64,000 nucleotides of DNA. It comes from Spirochaetia bacterium. Its GTDB lineage: Bacteria; Spirochaetota; Spirochaetia; SP-2023. The notes below the pieces were generated by a model that saw only the letters and a list, made by a program, of their open reading frames with translations, was not told the DNA's origin and searched no databases. Position 1 is the stretch's first letter. Every line of letters starts with the position of its first letter. The position numbers and the translations under genes were made by a program. Shown piece by piece: positions 31,924 to 42,003 of the stretch. The stretch is from contig CBDDCK010000005.1 of NCBI GenBank assembly GCA_965225855.1, positions 1,408,001 through 1,472,000 of the forward strand, in the 5' to 3' direction.

Positions 31924-33060
31924 TTAGAGCTGTACGCCCAGTTCTTGCCAAGTTGCGCTTAGGTCTATTATTCGTCCCTCTTTGCGCGCTTGTTCTATAG
32001 AAATACCTACCACTGCACTCTGCAACCCTTCTTCGCCACTACACAATGGTTGGGTTCCGTTGTGCATGGTATCTAGCAATTCTTCCATAATGTAATGGTC
32101 GCCATCTCCGTGGCCCCCGCCTATGTTGTCAATATGGCGTGCTTCATCTTCGCCTAATATGCGGTAAATTAGCTGCCCGCTATATAGCTCTACAATTAGA
32201 TTCCCGCTAGTACAGTGGAAGTACATGCGCCGTTCGGGTATGCAGTTGCTCATGCTGGCTTGGAATTGTACCCGAATGGAGTTACTGTATTCCATTATGG
32301 CAACAACGTTATCTTCAATGCTCTTTGGTGAAACAAAGGCGTTGTCTAGTGCATCGTCAAAGCTAGTTACGTTGGTTTCTCGTTCAAATACTTGTGGGTG
32401 CTTCAGGTAAATCGCCTCATTTTCGGGCACAAACATATTGTTGCCCCCGAATGCAGCTATCTTTATTGGGACGGAATCACAGAACCAATTCAGTAAATCT
32501 AAATCGTGAACGCACTTTTCTAGGATGTGCGGCCCTGCTAGCTCATACTTTCGTCGCCAATTCTGCATAATATAGTAACCATGATCAGGGGTGATATTCT
32601 CGCTGGCATTGATAGAGACTATTTTGCCCAAGCGGCCTGAATTAAGTATTTCTTTGGCTTTGCGGTAAATCGAAGCATAGCGTAGGGTAAAGCCAGTTGC
32701 GAGCAACTGGCCACTCTTCTCATGTTCCCGGCGAATTGCCACGCAATCTGCAATGCTGGTAGCTAAAGGCTTTTCGCTAAACACGTGTTTGCCTGCGCGA
32801 AATGCCGCTATAATTTGTTCTTTGTGAAATACATTTGGGGAGCCAATAAAGACCCAATCTAGCTGTCCATCGTTGAGTAAATCTTGTAAGGTGGGGTAGA
32901 CATGCTTACTGTTTCCCGCTTTGCAAGCTTCCAGCAAAAGTTTGGCATTGGCTTCAATTGGGTCCCATGCACCGAGCACCCGTACTTCTTGGTTGGTATC
33001 AAAGTGAGTAGTTAGGCTAATACTGCGGTTGCCACAGCCAATCACGCCTATATTTATCAT
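31924..33060 (-). CDS. Gfo/Idh/MocA oxidoreductase
   Basis: IGVIGCG, FSEKPLA, LEKCVHDLD; AGGAG RBS. Confidence 0.92.
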   Translation of the reverse strand: MINIGVIGCGNRSISLTTHFDTNQEVRVLGAWDPIEANAKLLLEACKAGNSKHVYPTLQDLLNDGQLDWVFIGSPNVFHKEQIIAAFRAGKHVFSEKPLATSIADCVAIRREHEKSGQLLATGFTLRYASIYRKAKEILNSGRLGKIVSINASENITPDHGYYIMQNWRRKYELAGPHILEKCVHDLDLLNWFCDSVPIKIAAFGGNNMFVPENEAIYLKHPQVFERETNVTSFDDALDNAFVSPKSIEDNVVAIMEYSNSIRVQFQASMSNCIPERRMYFHCTSGNLIVELYSGQLIYRILGEDEARHIDNIGGGHGDGDHYIMEELLDTMHNGTQPLCSGEEGLQSAVVGISIEQARKEGRIIDLSATWQELGVQL

Positions 33061-33075
33061 TGGTCATTCTCCTAT
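33010..33075. repeat. 66-bp direct repeat, left copy (right copy 44721-44786)
   Basis: Identical except one base; contains the RBS and first 17 codons of the 31924-33060 gene. Confidence 0.92.
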
Positions 33076-33134
33076 TCTTTGTGGTGATTTGTGGCTGCAA
33101 TTGCTTACATAGCTGGATAGTTCTGGTGTTGGGT

Positions 33135-33289
33135 ATAACGCTGTACGGCCTCTATCGTTTCGGTCAGATCAAAACCACTAGTTCCGTCCGGCTGTACCAC
33201 TGCACCACCGTTTTGATAGATAAAATTCCACCAACCTTCTTGCTCGTTATTATTGGCTAGAAAACCATAAACTCCGTTGGCCGGGTCGG
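33135..33289. repeat. 155-bp copy of an internal fragment of the SBP gene (26129-26283)
   Basis: Same orientation; two mismatches seen. Confidence 0.92.
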
Positions 33290-33370
33290 GCTATTATTGG
33301 GAAAATGATAAAGAATGTCAACAATATTATGACAAATCGGATAGATAAACCAAAATTATTTTTAAATAAA

Positions 33371-33406
33371 AAAGTGGAGCAGACAAATATTTGTCTGCTC
33401 CACTTT
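33371..33406 (-). terminator. Perfect 36-bp palindrome downstream of the OMP gene
   Basis: AAAGTGGAGCAGACAAAT|ATTTGTCTGCTCCACTTT with a T-run on the minus strand. Confidence 0.8.
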
Positions 33407-33429
33407 CGCTAACTATATAATAATCAAAT

Positions 33430-34063
33430 TTAAAACCAGAAACGCACGCCCAACTCAGCTGGGGTATCCAAGTGGAGCCAGCTTTTTATAGGCTTGTCAA
33501 AGCCAAGGCCAAAGCCAAGCGTTGGTAACGCTTGCAAGAAAATTTCGACAACTTTCGTTTTCTTCCCTATCCAAAAACTCATACCGAGAGGCAAACGCAA
33601 GCCCATAGAAAGCCCAATTAGACTGCCATCATCATAGCTAAAAATAGAAGTAGTCGTCCCCAATGATAAGCGCAGCTCAAACCATTTAGCAGCGAAATGG
33701 CTCAATAACATAAAATTAATGCTTAGATTACCGCCAATATCGTTGCCAAAAACATCATTGAGATTGCGACTATACGATAAAGATTTAGAACCAACGATAC
33801 CGAAATTAAGAAATATAGGAGTTTTCGGAATATGAAAACTAATAGAAGATATTGCATTCGGGAATGAATTTACCTTATTATCAGGGCCTATATCCGTATT
33901 AACATCTTTGTCGAATGTTACAACTGCACCGCTATAGCTAAGGCCTAGGCCCATTCTATCGAACCAAATAGGTTTCGCCTTTTGCTCTGCTCCTTCTGTA
34001 TTATCCATATCTAATGAAGAATCTTTATCTTCCTTAGAGCTAACTTCTTGCTTATCCATTTCT
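33430..34063 (-). pseudogene. Spirochaetal outer-membrane beta-barrel (DUF3996/BAPKO_0422-like); 5' end and signal peptide replaced by the satellite
   Basis: Alternating beta-strand pattern, GLRLPLGMSF, EIFLQALPTLG, terminal LGVRFWF; the upstream frame runs into the repeat with no signal peptide. Confidence 0.6.
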
Positions 34064-35123
34064 AAAGTAACAAGCATAGACGACATCAAGGAATATTTAT
34101 GGACTTTAAAAAGTAACAAGCATAGACGACATCAAGGAATATTTATGGACTTTAAAAAGTAACAAGCATAGACGACATCAAGGAATATTTATGGACTTTA
34201 AAAAGTAACAAGCATAGACGACATCAAGGAATATTTATGGACTTTAAAAAGTAACAAGCATAGACGACATCAAGGAATATTTATGGACTTTAAAAAGTAA
34301 CAAGCATAGACGACATCAAGTAATATTTATGGACTTTAAAAAGTAACAAGCATAGACGACATCAAGGAATATTTATGGACTTTAAAAAGTAACAAGCATA
34401 GACGACATCAAGGAATATTTATGGACTTTAAAAAGTAACAAGCATAGACGACATCAAGGAATATTTATGGACTTTAAAAAGTAATAAGTATGGACGACAT
34501 CAAGGAATATTTATGGACTTTAAAAAGTAATAAGTATGGACGACATCAAGGAATATTTATGGACTTTTGAAAGTAACAAGCATAGACGACATCAAGGAAT
34601 ATTATAGAATTTGAAAAGTAACAAGCATAGACGACATCAAGGAATATTTATGGACTTTAAAAAGTAACAAGCATAGACGACATCAAGGAATATTATAGAA
34701 TTTGAAAAGTAACAAGCATAGACGACATCAAGGAATATTTATGGACTTTAAAAAGTAACAAGCATAGACGACATCAAGGAATATTATAGAATTTGAAAAG
34801 TAACAAGCATAGACGACATCAAGGAATATTTATGGACTTTAAAAAGTAACAAGCATAGACGACATCAAGGAATATTATAGAATTTGAAAAGTAACAAGCA
34901 TAGACGACATCAAGGAATATTTATGGACTTTAAAAAGTAACAAGCATAGACGACATCAAGGAATATTTATGGACTTTGGAAAGTAACAAGCATAGACGAC
35001 ATCAAGGAATATTTATGGACTTTAAAAAGTAACAAGCATAGACGACATCAAGGAATATTTATGGACTTTGGAAAGTAACAAGCATAGACGACATCAAGGA
35101 ATATTTATGGACTTTAAAAAGTA
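34064..35123. repeat. 46-bp tandem satellite, 23 copies, with higher-order variants
   Basis: AAAAGTAACAAGCATAGACGACATCAAGGAATATTTATGGACTTTA; no spacers. Confidence 0.98.
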
Positions 35124-36464
35124 GTTGATTATCATGTAACCGGATTTACAAAATTCAGGAACAACATGCCAGACTACACCCGTGTCATAGAAGAATGGAA
35201 CCAAGAAGGAAGATTTATCACTTTTCCCAGCTATGAAATCCATTCATGCTCTGAAGGGGATTATGTTGTTTATTCAGCTCAACCCATAGATACAGTACCT
35301 CAAGTTAAATCTATGAAAGAGCTCCGTGAATTACTCAAAAAAAGAAATCGGCGGGACAAAAAACCTTCCTGATACCTCACCACATAGGTTATAAAACAGG
35401 ATACAGAGGAATCAATTGGGAAACTTTCGATTCCGAATTATCACCTTTTGTGGAAATCATATCAATGCATGGTGCTGCCGAATAATGACAACTATTCGGG
35501 CCTCCCCTATCTGCACACCATGGGGCCCCTATATTACGAAAATACCGTCAGAGGTGAATTAGATCGTGGAGCATTCTTTGGCATCACTGGATCCACCGAT
35601 CATCACAACGCTCATCGTGGAAGTTATGGCTATGGACGTATTGCTGTTCTTGCCGAAACTCTTTCCAGAGATGCCTTGTGGAATGCCATGCAAGACAGAA
35701 AAATCTATGCCGTAACAGGCGACAAGATATGGCTTGAAACCACCTTTGATAGTCATCTCATGGGGTCGATTCTAAGCTCTACCTCATCAAGAGAAATGGA
35801 AATCGATATCAAGGCAGGGTATACCCTTGATACAGTACATATTATAAAGAATGGCCTTACTGCTGAAATATTCAACTTTCCAGAAATTGCCAGAATATGG
35901 GGAGAGCAACAGCGAAAAAAAGGAAAAGTTATTATAGAAGTCGGTTGGGGAGAAAAAGGAGTTGCTCAAAACTGGGATTTCACACTGGAAGTTATTGATG
36001 GAGATTTGATTGATATAGAACCGAGGTTGCATGGCATTGACATCGTTGCTCCACTTGACGATTATGTTTCCGAGTGTCAGTTCACCGATTGGGACAGAAA
36101 TGGAATAAACAGACTCTCATGCAGAACAATCACATGGTGCAATCCAACAACTCCCACATCTTCGGTTCAGGGATTTTGCCTTGAAATATCAGGAACACGT
36201 CAAACCTCAATCAAGATGACCATGGGCACTTGGACACGTTCATATTCCCTTGAACAGCTCATAAGAGGCGATCACACAGATTACCTTGCTGACTTTCTTT
36301 CAGCCGCAGTAAAATTCGGACGATTTATCCCTGAACAGGAATATACTGCTAAATTAAGGTGGAAAGATGAGGGGACGGTTAACGAACGGGATGACTATTA
36401 CATTAGAGTGATTCAGAAAAACAACCAAAGAGCTTGGAGTTCACCCATAAGGATATTACGATAA
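35121..36464 (+). pseudogene. PHP-fold/DUF3604-like metallohydrolase pseudogene
   Basis: 5' truncated (VVDYHVTGF...FPSYEIHS..GD); frameshift to LIPHHIGYKTGYRGINW..EIISMHG; second frameshift to YLHTMGP...GSTDHH...YAVTG...YYIRVIQKNNQRAWSSPI. Confidence 0.75.
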
Positions 36465-36571
36465 GCAAAAACTATGAGATACCGACGAAAGAAAAAGTGG
36501 GAAAACCAAAGGCAGCAGGAAATAAAATAGAGTCCCTCCTCAAGAATATTCCTACTTGTTATAGACCTCTC

Positions 36572-36600
36572 TTGACTTTCCCCGTATGCTATGCTATACT
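36572..36600 (+). promoter_or_regulatory. sigma70 promoter for the 36620-41361 operon
   Basis: TTGACT-17 nt-TATACT with extended TGn. Confidence 0.7.
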
Positions 36601-36619
36601 AGACAAAACAATTTAAGGA

Positions 36620-37726
36620 ATGAAGATGCTTACAAGAGAGCAACAAGAGAATCTTCTGGCTTTGGCATGTAAGCTGGTGGACCAGCACACGGCGAAAGTC
36701 ATTATTCGGCCTCAACAAAATGCCAGCGGCTTTTGGTTTGGCGGTGGTAATATGATAGAGCAAAACGGCGTTCTCTATCTGTCGGGTCGCTATCGCAACT
36801 TTGGAGATTCGCGCATGGGTTTGGGCAAAGGTGAACGTGGTCTGGAGCTGGCAATATTTCGTTCCCACAACAGAGGCCAGAGCTGGCATAAAATTATTTC
36901 GTTTAGCAAAAAAGATTTGAGCCTACCCAACAAAGATGTACTCTCCATAGAAGGGACGGCCCTTCACGTATTTGAGGGTGGAGTAGAATTATTTATCTCT
37001 ACGGAAAAAGCTTATAATCCTCTGCCTGATTCCTTAAAAAAATTTCAAAAACAAGGGACAGGAAATTGGTCTGTTGAGCACATCGCGGCCCCTACAGTTG
37101 AAGAATTGAGTACAACAGACATAGAAACAGTTCTAGAGACAAGCGATCCCCGTTATGTTCATGTTAAGGACCCCTTCATTTTTGAGCCACGCAGAGGTAG
37201 TCTAGTAGTACTCTGCTGCACCCATCCTTTTAACTGGAGTTCTAGCAATACAGCCTATTTTGTGCGCTCGCCTGATGGGATTTTTTCCAAATGCTCTTGG
37301 GATTTCTTACCTAGGGGCACAACGTGGGATGTTGCCATACGGCGTGGGACTGCGTTATTGCGAATCCCGCGAGTAGGTTGCTTTAAATCTATTGATGTTT
37401 CCTTGTTTTTCTACGATGGGGGCGAATCTTTACGTAACCTAGATGAACACAGAATGGCCGTCCAGCGTCCAAGAGGCTATTCTTGCGAGGAGTTAGGCGG
37501 TATTGGTTATATTACTAATGACGTATTAGAGTCTTTTGAGAGTCTTTCACCATATTTACCGGAGTTTTGTTCGCCTTGGGGTAGTGGATGTAGTCGTTAT
37601 GTCGATGCTCTTGCTGCCCACGATGGGATTTACGTTACTTGGCAGCAATCCCAGAGCGACTTTTCCCAACCTTTAGTGTTGAATTTCGTTCTTTGGGATG
37701 AAGTAGAATCCGTGTTGATGAGATAG
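36620..37726 (+). CDS. Hypothetical beta-propeller (sialidase/GH43-like) protein
   Basis: Asp-box-like RSHNRGQSW, HVKDPF, RYVD; AAGGA RBS. Confidence 0.6.
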   Translation: MKMLTREQQENLLALACKLVDQHTAKVIIRPQQNASGFWFGGGNMIEQNGVLYLSGRYRNFGDSRMGLGKGERGLELAIFRSHNRGQSWHKIISFSKKDLSLPNKDVLSIEGTALHVFEGGVELFISTEKAYNPLPDSLKKFQKQGTGNWSVEHIAAPTVEELSTTDIETVLETSDPRYVHVKDPFIFEPRRGSLVVLCCTHPFNWSSSNTAYFVRSPDGIFSKCSWDFLPRGTTWDVAIRRGTALLRIPRVGCFKSIDVSLFFYDGGESLRNLDEHRMAVQRPRGYSCEELGGIGYITNDVLESFESLSPYLPEFCSPWGSGCSRYVDALAAHDGIYVTWQQSQSDFSQPLVLNFVLWDEVESVLMR

Positions 37727-37742
37727 ATCAGGATGGAAAAAG

Positions 37743-38519
37743 ATGCGTAGATTAAAAGATTTTAGCAATGGAAATCTAAGAAACCGGTTCATCTTCGCCG
37801 TAATTTCAATAATTAGTGGTTTTTTTCTTTGGTATTTGCTCACTCGTATACCAACAATCAATACCTTTTTGGCCAGTCCTAGACAAGTGTTAATAGCACT
37901 TATATCTGAATCTGCGGCAAATGGCCGGTATTTTAAAGATGTTGGTATTTCTTTGCAGCGTATTTTAATCGGATTTGGTTTGGCCTTTATTTGTGCCATT
38001 CCCACTGCTTTTCTTATGGGTTGGTATCCTGTAATTCGCAATCTTTTGGAACCTTGGATACAGTTTTTTCGTACAATCCCGCCAATTGCCTTGATTCCAC
38101 TGGTTATCTTAGCTATGGGTCTTGGAGAGGCCCCCAAATATACAGTAATATTCATTGCGTCTTTTTTGACTATGGTTGTAACCATTTACCAAGGTATAAA
38201 AGAGGTTGATCAAACTTTGATTAAGGCAGCCTATACCCTTGGAGCAGGGACAAAGAATTTATTCTTTGACATTATGATACCATCTGCTTTTCCGTTTATT
38301 CTTGTGGGTGCCCGGCTGGGGATGGCGTCTTCGCTTACTACATTGGTTGCCGCAGAACTAACAGGTACAATTTTTGGTTTGGGTGCCCGTATTCAAGGTG
38401 CGCAGCAATTTATGGATACTTCTATTGTGCTATTAGGTATAATTACAATTGGAATTATTGGTTTTATTCTAGATAAAATATTGTTATTGATAGAGAAAAA
38501 ACTCACTAAGTGGAAATAA
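37743..38519 (+). CDS. ABC permease, TauC/SsuC family
   Basis: SLQRILIGF, RTIPPIALIPL, LIKAAYTLGA, LVAAEL. Confidence 0.92.
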   Translation: MRRLKDFSNGNLRNRFIFAVISIISGFFLWYLLTRIPTINTFLASPRQVLIALISESAANGRYFKDVGISLQRILIGFGLAFICAIPTAFLMGWYPVIRNLLEPWIQFFRTIPPIALIPLVILAMGLGEAPKYTVIFIASFLTMVVTIYQGIKEVDQTLIKAAYTLGAGTKNLFFDIMIPSAFPFILVGARLGMASSLTTLVAAELTGTIFGLGARIQGAQQFMDTSIVLLGIITIGIIGFILDKILLLIEKKLTKWK

Positions 38520-38523
38520 AATT

Positions 38524-39336
38524 ATGGCAGAGGTATTGATACAGATAATAGATATTTGCAAGAGATATTTGGGTAGTAATGGTTCCATTGCAATAAATGC
38601 GCTCGATAATGTGTCCCTAGATATTTTAGAAAATGAATTTGTCTGTGTAGTGGGTCCTTCTGGCTGTGGCAAAACCACACTTTTAAATATTATTGCTGGG
38701 CTAGAACCTTTTGAGTCTGGGAGTATTACTATGCACGGTGAATATATTGTTGGGCCAGGCCCAGATCGCGGTGTGATTTTTCAACAATACGCGCTTTTTC
38801 CATGGATGACGGTAAAAAAGAATATCGAATATGGAATGAAATTCCTTACCAAAACCAACAAATCGGGCAAAAAAGTTCGATTGAGTACGAAAGAAAAAGA
38901 AGAGATGGCACTGCATTATATTGATATGGTTCATTTGACCGGTTTTGCCGATTGTTATCCAAAGGCTCTTTCTGGAGGTATGAAGCAGCGCGTTGCGATT
39001 GCGCGAGCCTATGTCATGAATCCCGATGTGCTATTAATGGACGAGCCATTTGGTGCCCTAGATGCACAGACCCGTGCCCAACTTCAAGAATACTTGCTTG
39101 AAACTTGGCAAACAGAGAGGAAAACCTGCTTTTTCATTACTCACGATGTCGATGAAGCCGTGTTATTGGCCAGTCGCGTAGTAATTATGAGTGCCAGACC
39201 GGGCGAAATTTCTGAAATAATATCGATTGATTTGCCTTACCCAAGAGATCAATCAACAAAAATGGATAGTCAATTTCTGGAATACAGAAATCATATTTGG
39301 AATAGCGTTTATAAAATGTATTTAGAAAGGGACTAA
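38524..39336 (+). CDS. ABC ATP-binding protein, TauB/SsuB family
   Basis: GPSGCGKTT, LSGGMKQRVAIAR, LLMDEPFGALDAQTR. Confidence 0.95.
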   Translation: MAEVLIQIIDICKRYLGSNGSIAINALDNVSLDILENEFVCVVGPSGCGKTTLLNIIAGLEPFESGSITMHGEYIVGPGPDRGVIFQQYALFPWMTVKKNIEYGMKFLTKTNKSGKKVRLSTKEKEEMALHYIDMVHLTGFADCYPKALSGGMKQRVAIARAYVMNPDVLLMDEPFGALDAQTRAQLQEYLLETWQTERKTCFFITHDVDEAVLLASRVVIMSARPGEISEIISIDLPYPRDQSTKMDSQFLEYRNHIWNSVYKMYLERD

Positions 39337-39378
39337 ATATACGTCCCATGCAAAAAATTAAATTTCGGAGGTAAATTT

Positions 39379-40530
39379 ATGAATAATTCAATAAAAAAAC
39401 AATTTGGCTTCATTCTGCTTGGCCTTGTTTTGTTTCCTGTTCTCGGACATGGTAGAGGAGCAGCAAGTTCTGATGAGGGATTGCAGAAGGTGCGGGTTGG
39501 TGTACACGCCAACGAAGGTGGCATACCGCTGGCCGCTGTGGGCAAAGATCAAGGCTTTTTTCGCAAATACGGCATTGAGCCAGTGTTTACTATTGTGGAA
39601 AGCGGCCCTTCAGAGATGGTGGCCATGCGTGCTGACAATCGCACATTAGATATAGGTTTTATCGGTGCAGGTGTAGCATGGAACCCTATTGATGGCGCAG
39701 GAAATTCTCTTTCGTTTGTTTTTCTTGATAATGTCAGCAGCTCTGAAATGCTTTTGGCTCAAAAGGGAATCTTTGTCGATTCAGATGGAAATGGCAAATT
39801 CTCTAATGCAGAAATCTATGCTGGGCTAAAGGGCAAAACAGTTTTTATTGAAGTTGGCACGACTCCCGGCGGCTGGTTTAAGACTCTTCTTGAATTAGTA
39901 AATGAAGGCAAAGACGATAGCAATAAATTATGGCTTTCTAGCGAAACCGCCGCTTATATGGCTGGCTATTCGGCACCCAATGCAAACTCAGCCAATAAAG
40001 TAATGGTTGTCAATACTTTAAACACAAACCTTCCTGCTGGTATGGCTTCAAACGGCAATATGGATATTGTAGCCGGTTTTTCACCCGCCACAACAACCAT
40101 ACTCAGAACAAATAAAAGTGTAGAAATTATTGCAACTACGGTAAATAATTTCCCACCGGAGGCGTCGTTCCCATCAACCTGGGTTGCCAGTGATGTGTGG
40201 TTGGACCAAAACCCTGAGCTAGCACAGAATTTTGTCAATGCCTTGTATGAATCAGCTATATGGAGACACAAAAATATTGATGCCGCTATGCGCAGCGGCG
40301 AAAAGCTGGCACAGAAACCAACGAATTCCTTTGATTCCAACAACATAGTTGACCCATCTAAAGCCAATTACCAATCCTGGTTTCAAGATAGAGATTCTCT
40401 TGGCTACGCATATATGAAATCACTTTATGATTCTCGCGTTCCTAACGTACCCCAAGGTAACCCCGTAAAAACTTTTGAGCAGTCATTTAAAGATGATTAT
40501 ATGCTTAATGCAATCCGTAACTTGCAATGA
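39379..40530 (+). CDS. ABC substrate-binding protein (TauA/SsuA/NMT1-like)
   Basis: Signal peptide; QGFFRKYGIE, SGPSEM, DIGFIG; operon context. Confidence 0.8.
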   Translation: MNNSIKKQFGFILLGLVLFPVLGHGRGAASSDEGLQKVRVGVHANEGGIPLAAVGKDQGFFRKYGIEPVFTIVESGPSEMVAMRADNRTLDIGFIGAGVAWNPIDGAGNSLSFVFLDNVSSSEMLLAQKGIFVDSDGNGKFSNAEIYAGLKGKTVFIEVGTTPGGWFKTLLELVNEGKDDSNKLWLSSETAAYMAGYSAPNANSANKVMVVNTLNTNLPAGMASNGNMDIVAGFSPATTTILRTNKSVEIIATTVNNFPPEASFPSTWVASDVWLDQNPELAQNFVNALYESAIWRHKNIDAAMRSGEKLAQKPTNSFDSNNIVDPSKANYQSWFQDRDSLGYAYMKSLYDSRVPNVPQGNPVKTFEQSFKDDYMLNAIRNLQ

Positions 40531-40615
40531 AATATAGAGCCATCTGTAGCAAATTTTTCATACTTCCCTTAGACAGTTTCCCCTAATGGAAGTATTGTAA
40601 TTTGAAGTTTTCCTT

Positions 40616-40975
40616 ATGAAAAAGAAATGGTACCAAAGTGGAAAGGACCCAGATTATCGGTTTTCTTTGGCCAACGAGCGCACCTTTTTGGCTTGGATTC
40701 GTACAGCTTTGTCATTTTTAGCTGGAGGTTTGGCTGTCAATCAGTTTGTGGAAGGCTTGGGAGTGGCAGTATTTCGGGATATTGTTGCTATTTTGCTTAG
40801 CATTAGTGCTGCAATGATTGCTATTTACGCCTACATTCACTGGGCCAACAATGAAAAAGCTATGCGTCAAAATAGAAAATTGTATTGTGCTCCTTTTTTG
40901 ACGGTGCTTAGCATCGTTATTCTTTTACTTGCTTTGCTCTTAGTTCATTTAATTCTCTTTGTCGATCAGAAATGA
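40616..40975 (+). CDS. DUF202 membrane protein (YidH-like)
   Basis: PDYRFSLANERTFLAWIRTALS. Confidence 0.9.
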   Translation: MKKKWYQSGKDPDYRFSLANERTFLAWIRTALSFLAGGLAVNQFVEGLGVAVFRDIVAILLSISAAMIAIYAYIHWANNEKAMRQNRKLYCAPFLTVLSIVILLLALLLVHLILFVDQK

Positions 40976-41361
40976 CGGATACAAAGAGGCCATCTCCTCT
41001 CTTAAAAGACAAAAGCAAAGCAGAAATTGATTGCGGCCTACAGCCCGAACGCACATTACTGTCTTGGCAGCGAAGTTTGGGTTCCTACCTGCTTACCGCG
41101 ATGTTGCTATTGCGCAGTGCCATAAAACAAGAATCGTTTTTATTGGTAATTCTTTTTTCTGTTATGCTACTGCTTACAATATTTCTATACAGCTACTTAT
41201 ATTTCTACAAGTTCCAAGCTCTCCAAAATTGGAAACAAGGGCAAACACAAAGTGTACTAAACCCTATAAGCTTGTGGTCTAAGATACTTATAGCTGGAAG
41301 TATTGCGCTCTGTGCTGTTCTCGTGACGGGATTTTGGCTCTACAGAGCTGTCAGAATATAG
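40972..41361 (+). CDS. DUF202 membrane protein (YidG-like)
   Basis: D.GLQPERTLLSWQRS; ATGA overlap with the YidH-like gene. Confidence 0.85.
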   Translation: MTDTKRPSPLLKDKSKAEIDCGLQPERTLLSWQRSLGSYLLTAMLLLRSAIKQESFLLVILFSVMLLLTIFLYSYLYFYKFQALQNWKQGQTQSVLNPISLWSKILIAGSIALCAVLVTGFWLYRAVRI

Positions 41362-41401
41362 GGGTTACCGGCTTAGGGGGATTGATCAAGTTTTCGCCTG
41401 G

Positions 41402-41552
41402 TCTGATAGTGCCACGTAAAAATGCTGGGAAAGGCTAGCAAGTTTTTGATCTGGTTGGAGGTGTAGTCCATGCGCTCTGTCTGTGCCGATGATGGTAGCA
41501 ACGGCAGCCAGAAACTTTTTGGGGCATTATCTTTTCTGGGTTAGGGTTGGCC
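41402..41552 (-). pseudogene. NAD(P)-malic enzyme remnant
   Basis: Across frameshifts: ANPNPEKIMP / ATIIGTDRA / DYTSNQIKNLLAFPSIF / LRGT, matching ANPxPEI..GTGRSD.PNQINNVLAFPGIFRG. Confidence 0.6.
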
Positions 41553-41937
41553 CAGCACAATTGAATGAGTAGTTAGGTGAAAGAGGACATGATAACTGAA
41601 CGGGATAAGAAAGACGCGATAACTCGGGATTTTTTGGGACAAATGGGAAGGTAAAATTGGCTTACTTTCCAAAATAAAAAAGTAAAAAATTTTTCATTGC
41701 ACGAGAAAAAGCCAGAATCCATTTTTAACACCAAACCAGAGCAAAAAACGCTCAAAACTTCAAAAAGCCAAAGCGGTGCTAGGATAACCAAACCATGCAC
41801 CGCTTTTTTTATGCCTTTCGGCTGAATCCACAAATGGAACAAGTAAAAAATTTTTGTTTTTCGGCCTATGGGTCATTGTCGGCAGTAATTGGGCAACAAT
41901 ATGCTTTCAAAATATCATGGTAACGGGCCACGGTCTC

Positions 41938-42003
41938 AAAAAGCTAGTAAGGTTTCTGAAAAAAGCTAGTAAGGTTTTGACTGAAAACCTTACTAGCTTT
42001 TTT
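41938..42003. repeat. 22-bp direct repeat plus 20-bp perfect hairpin
   Basis: AAAAAGCTAGTAAGGTTT twice, then inverted AAAACCTTACTAGCTTTTTT. Confidence 0.85.

Noticed and set aside
33060..33260. 66-aa plus-strand ORF matching 25961-26254
   Set aside because: Antisense reading of the duplicated SBP fragment
34598..34890. Promoters created by TATAAT in the 45-bp variant (minus strand)
   Set aside because: No -35 at 16-18 bp and no extended TG
34064..35123. CRISPR array
   Set aside because: Units are contiguous with no unique spacers, the variants themselves recur, and no cas genes are in the window
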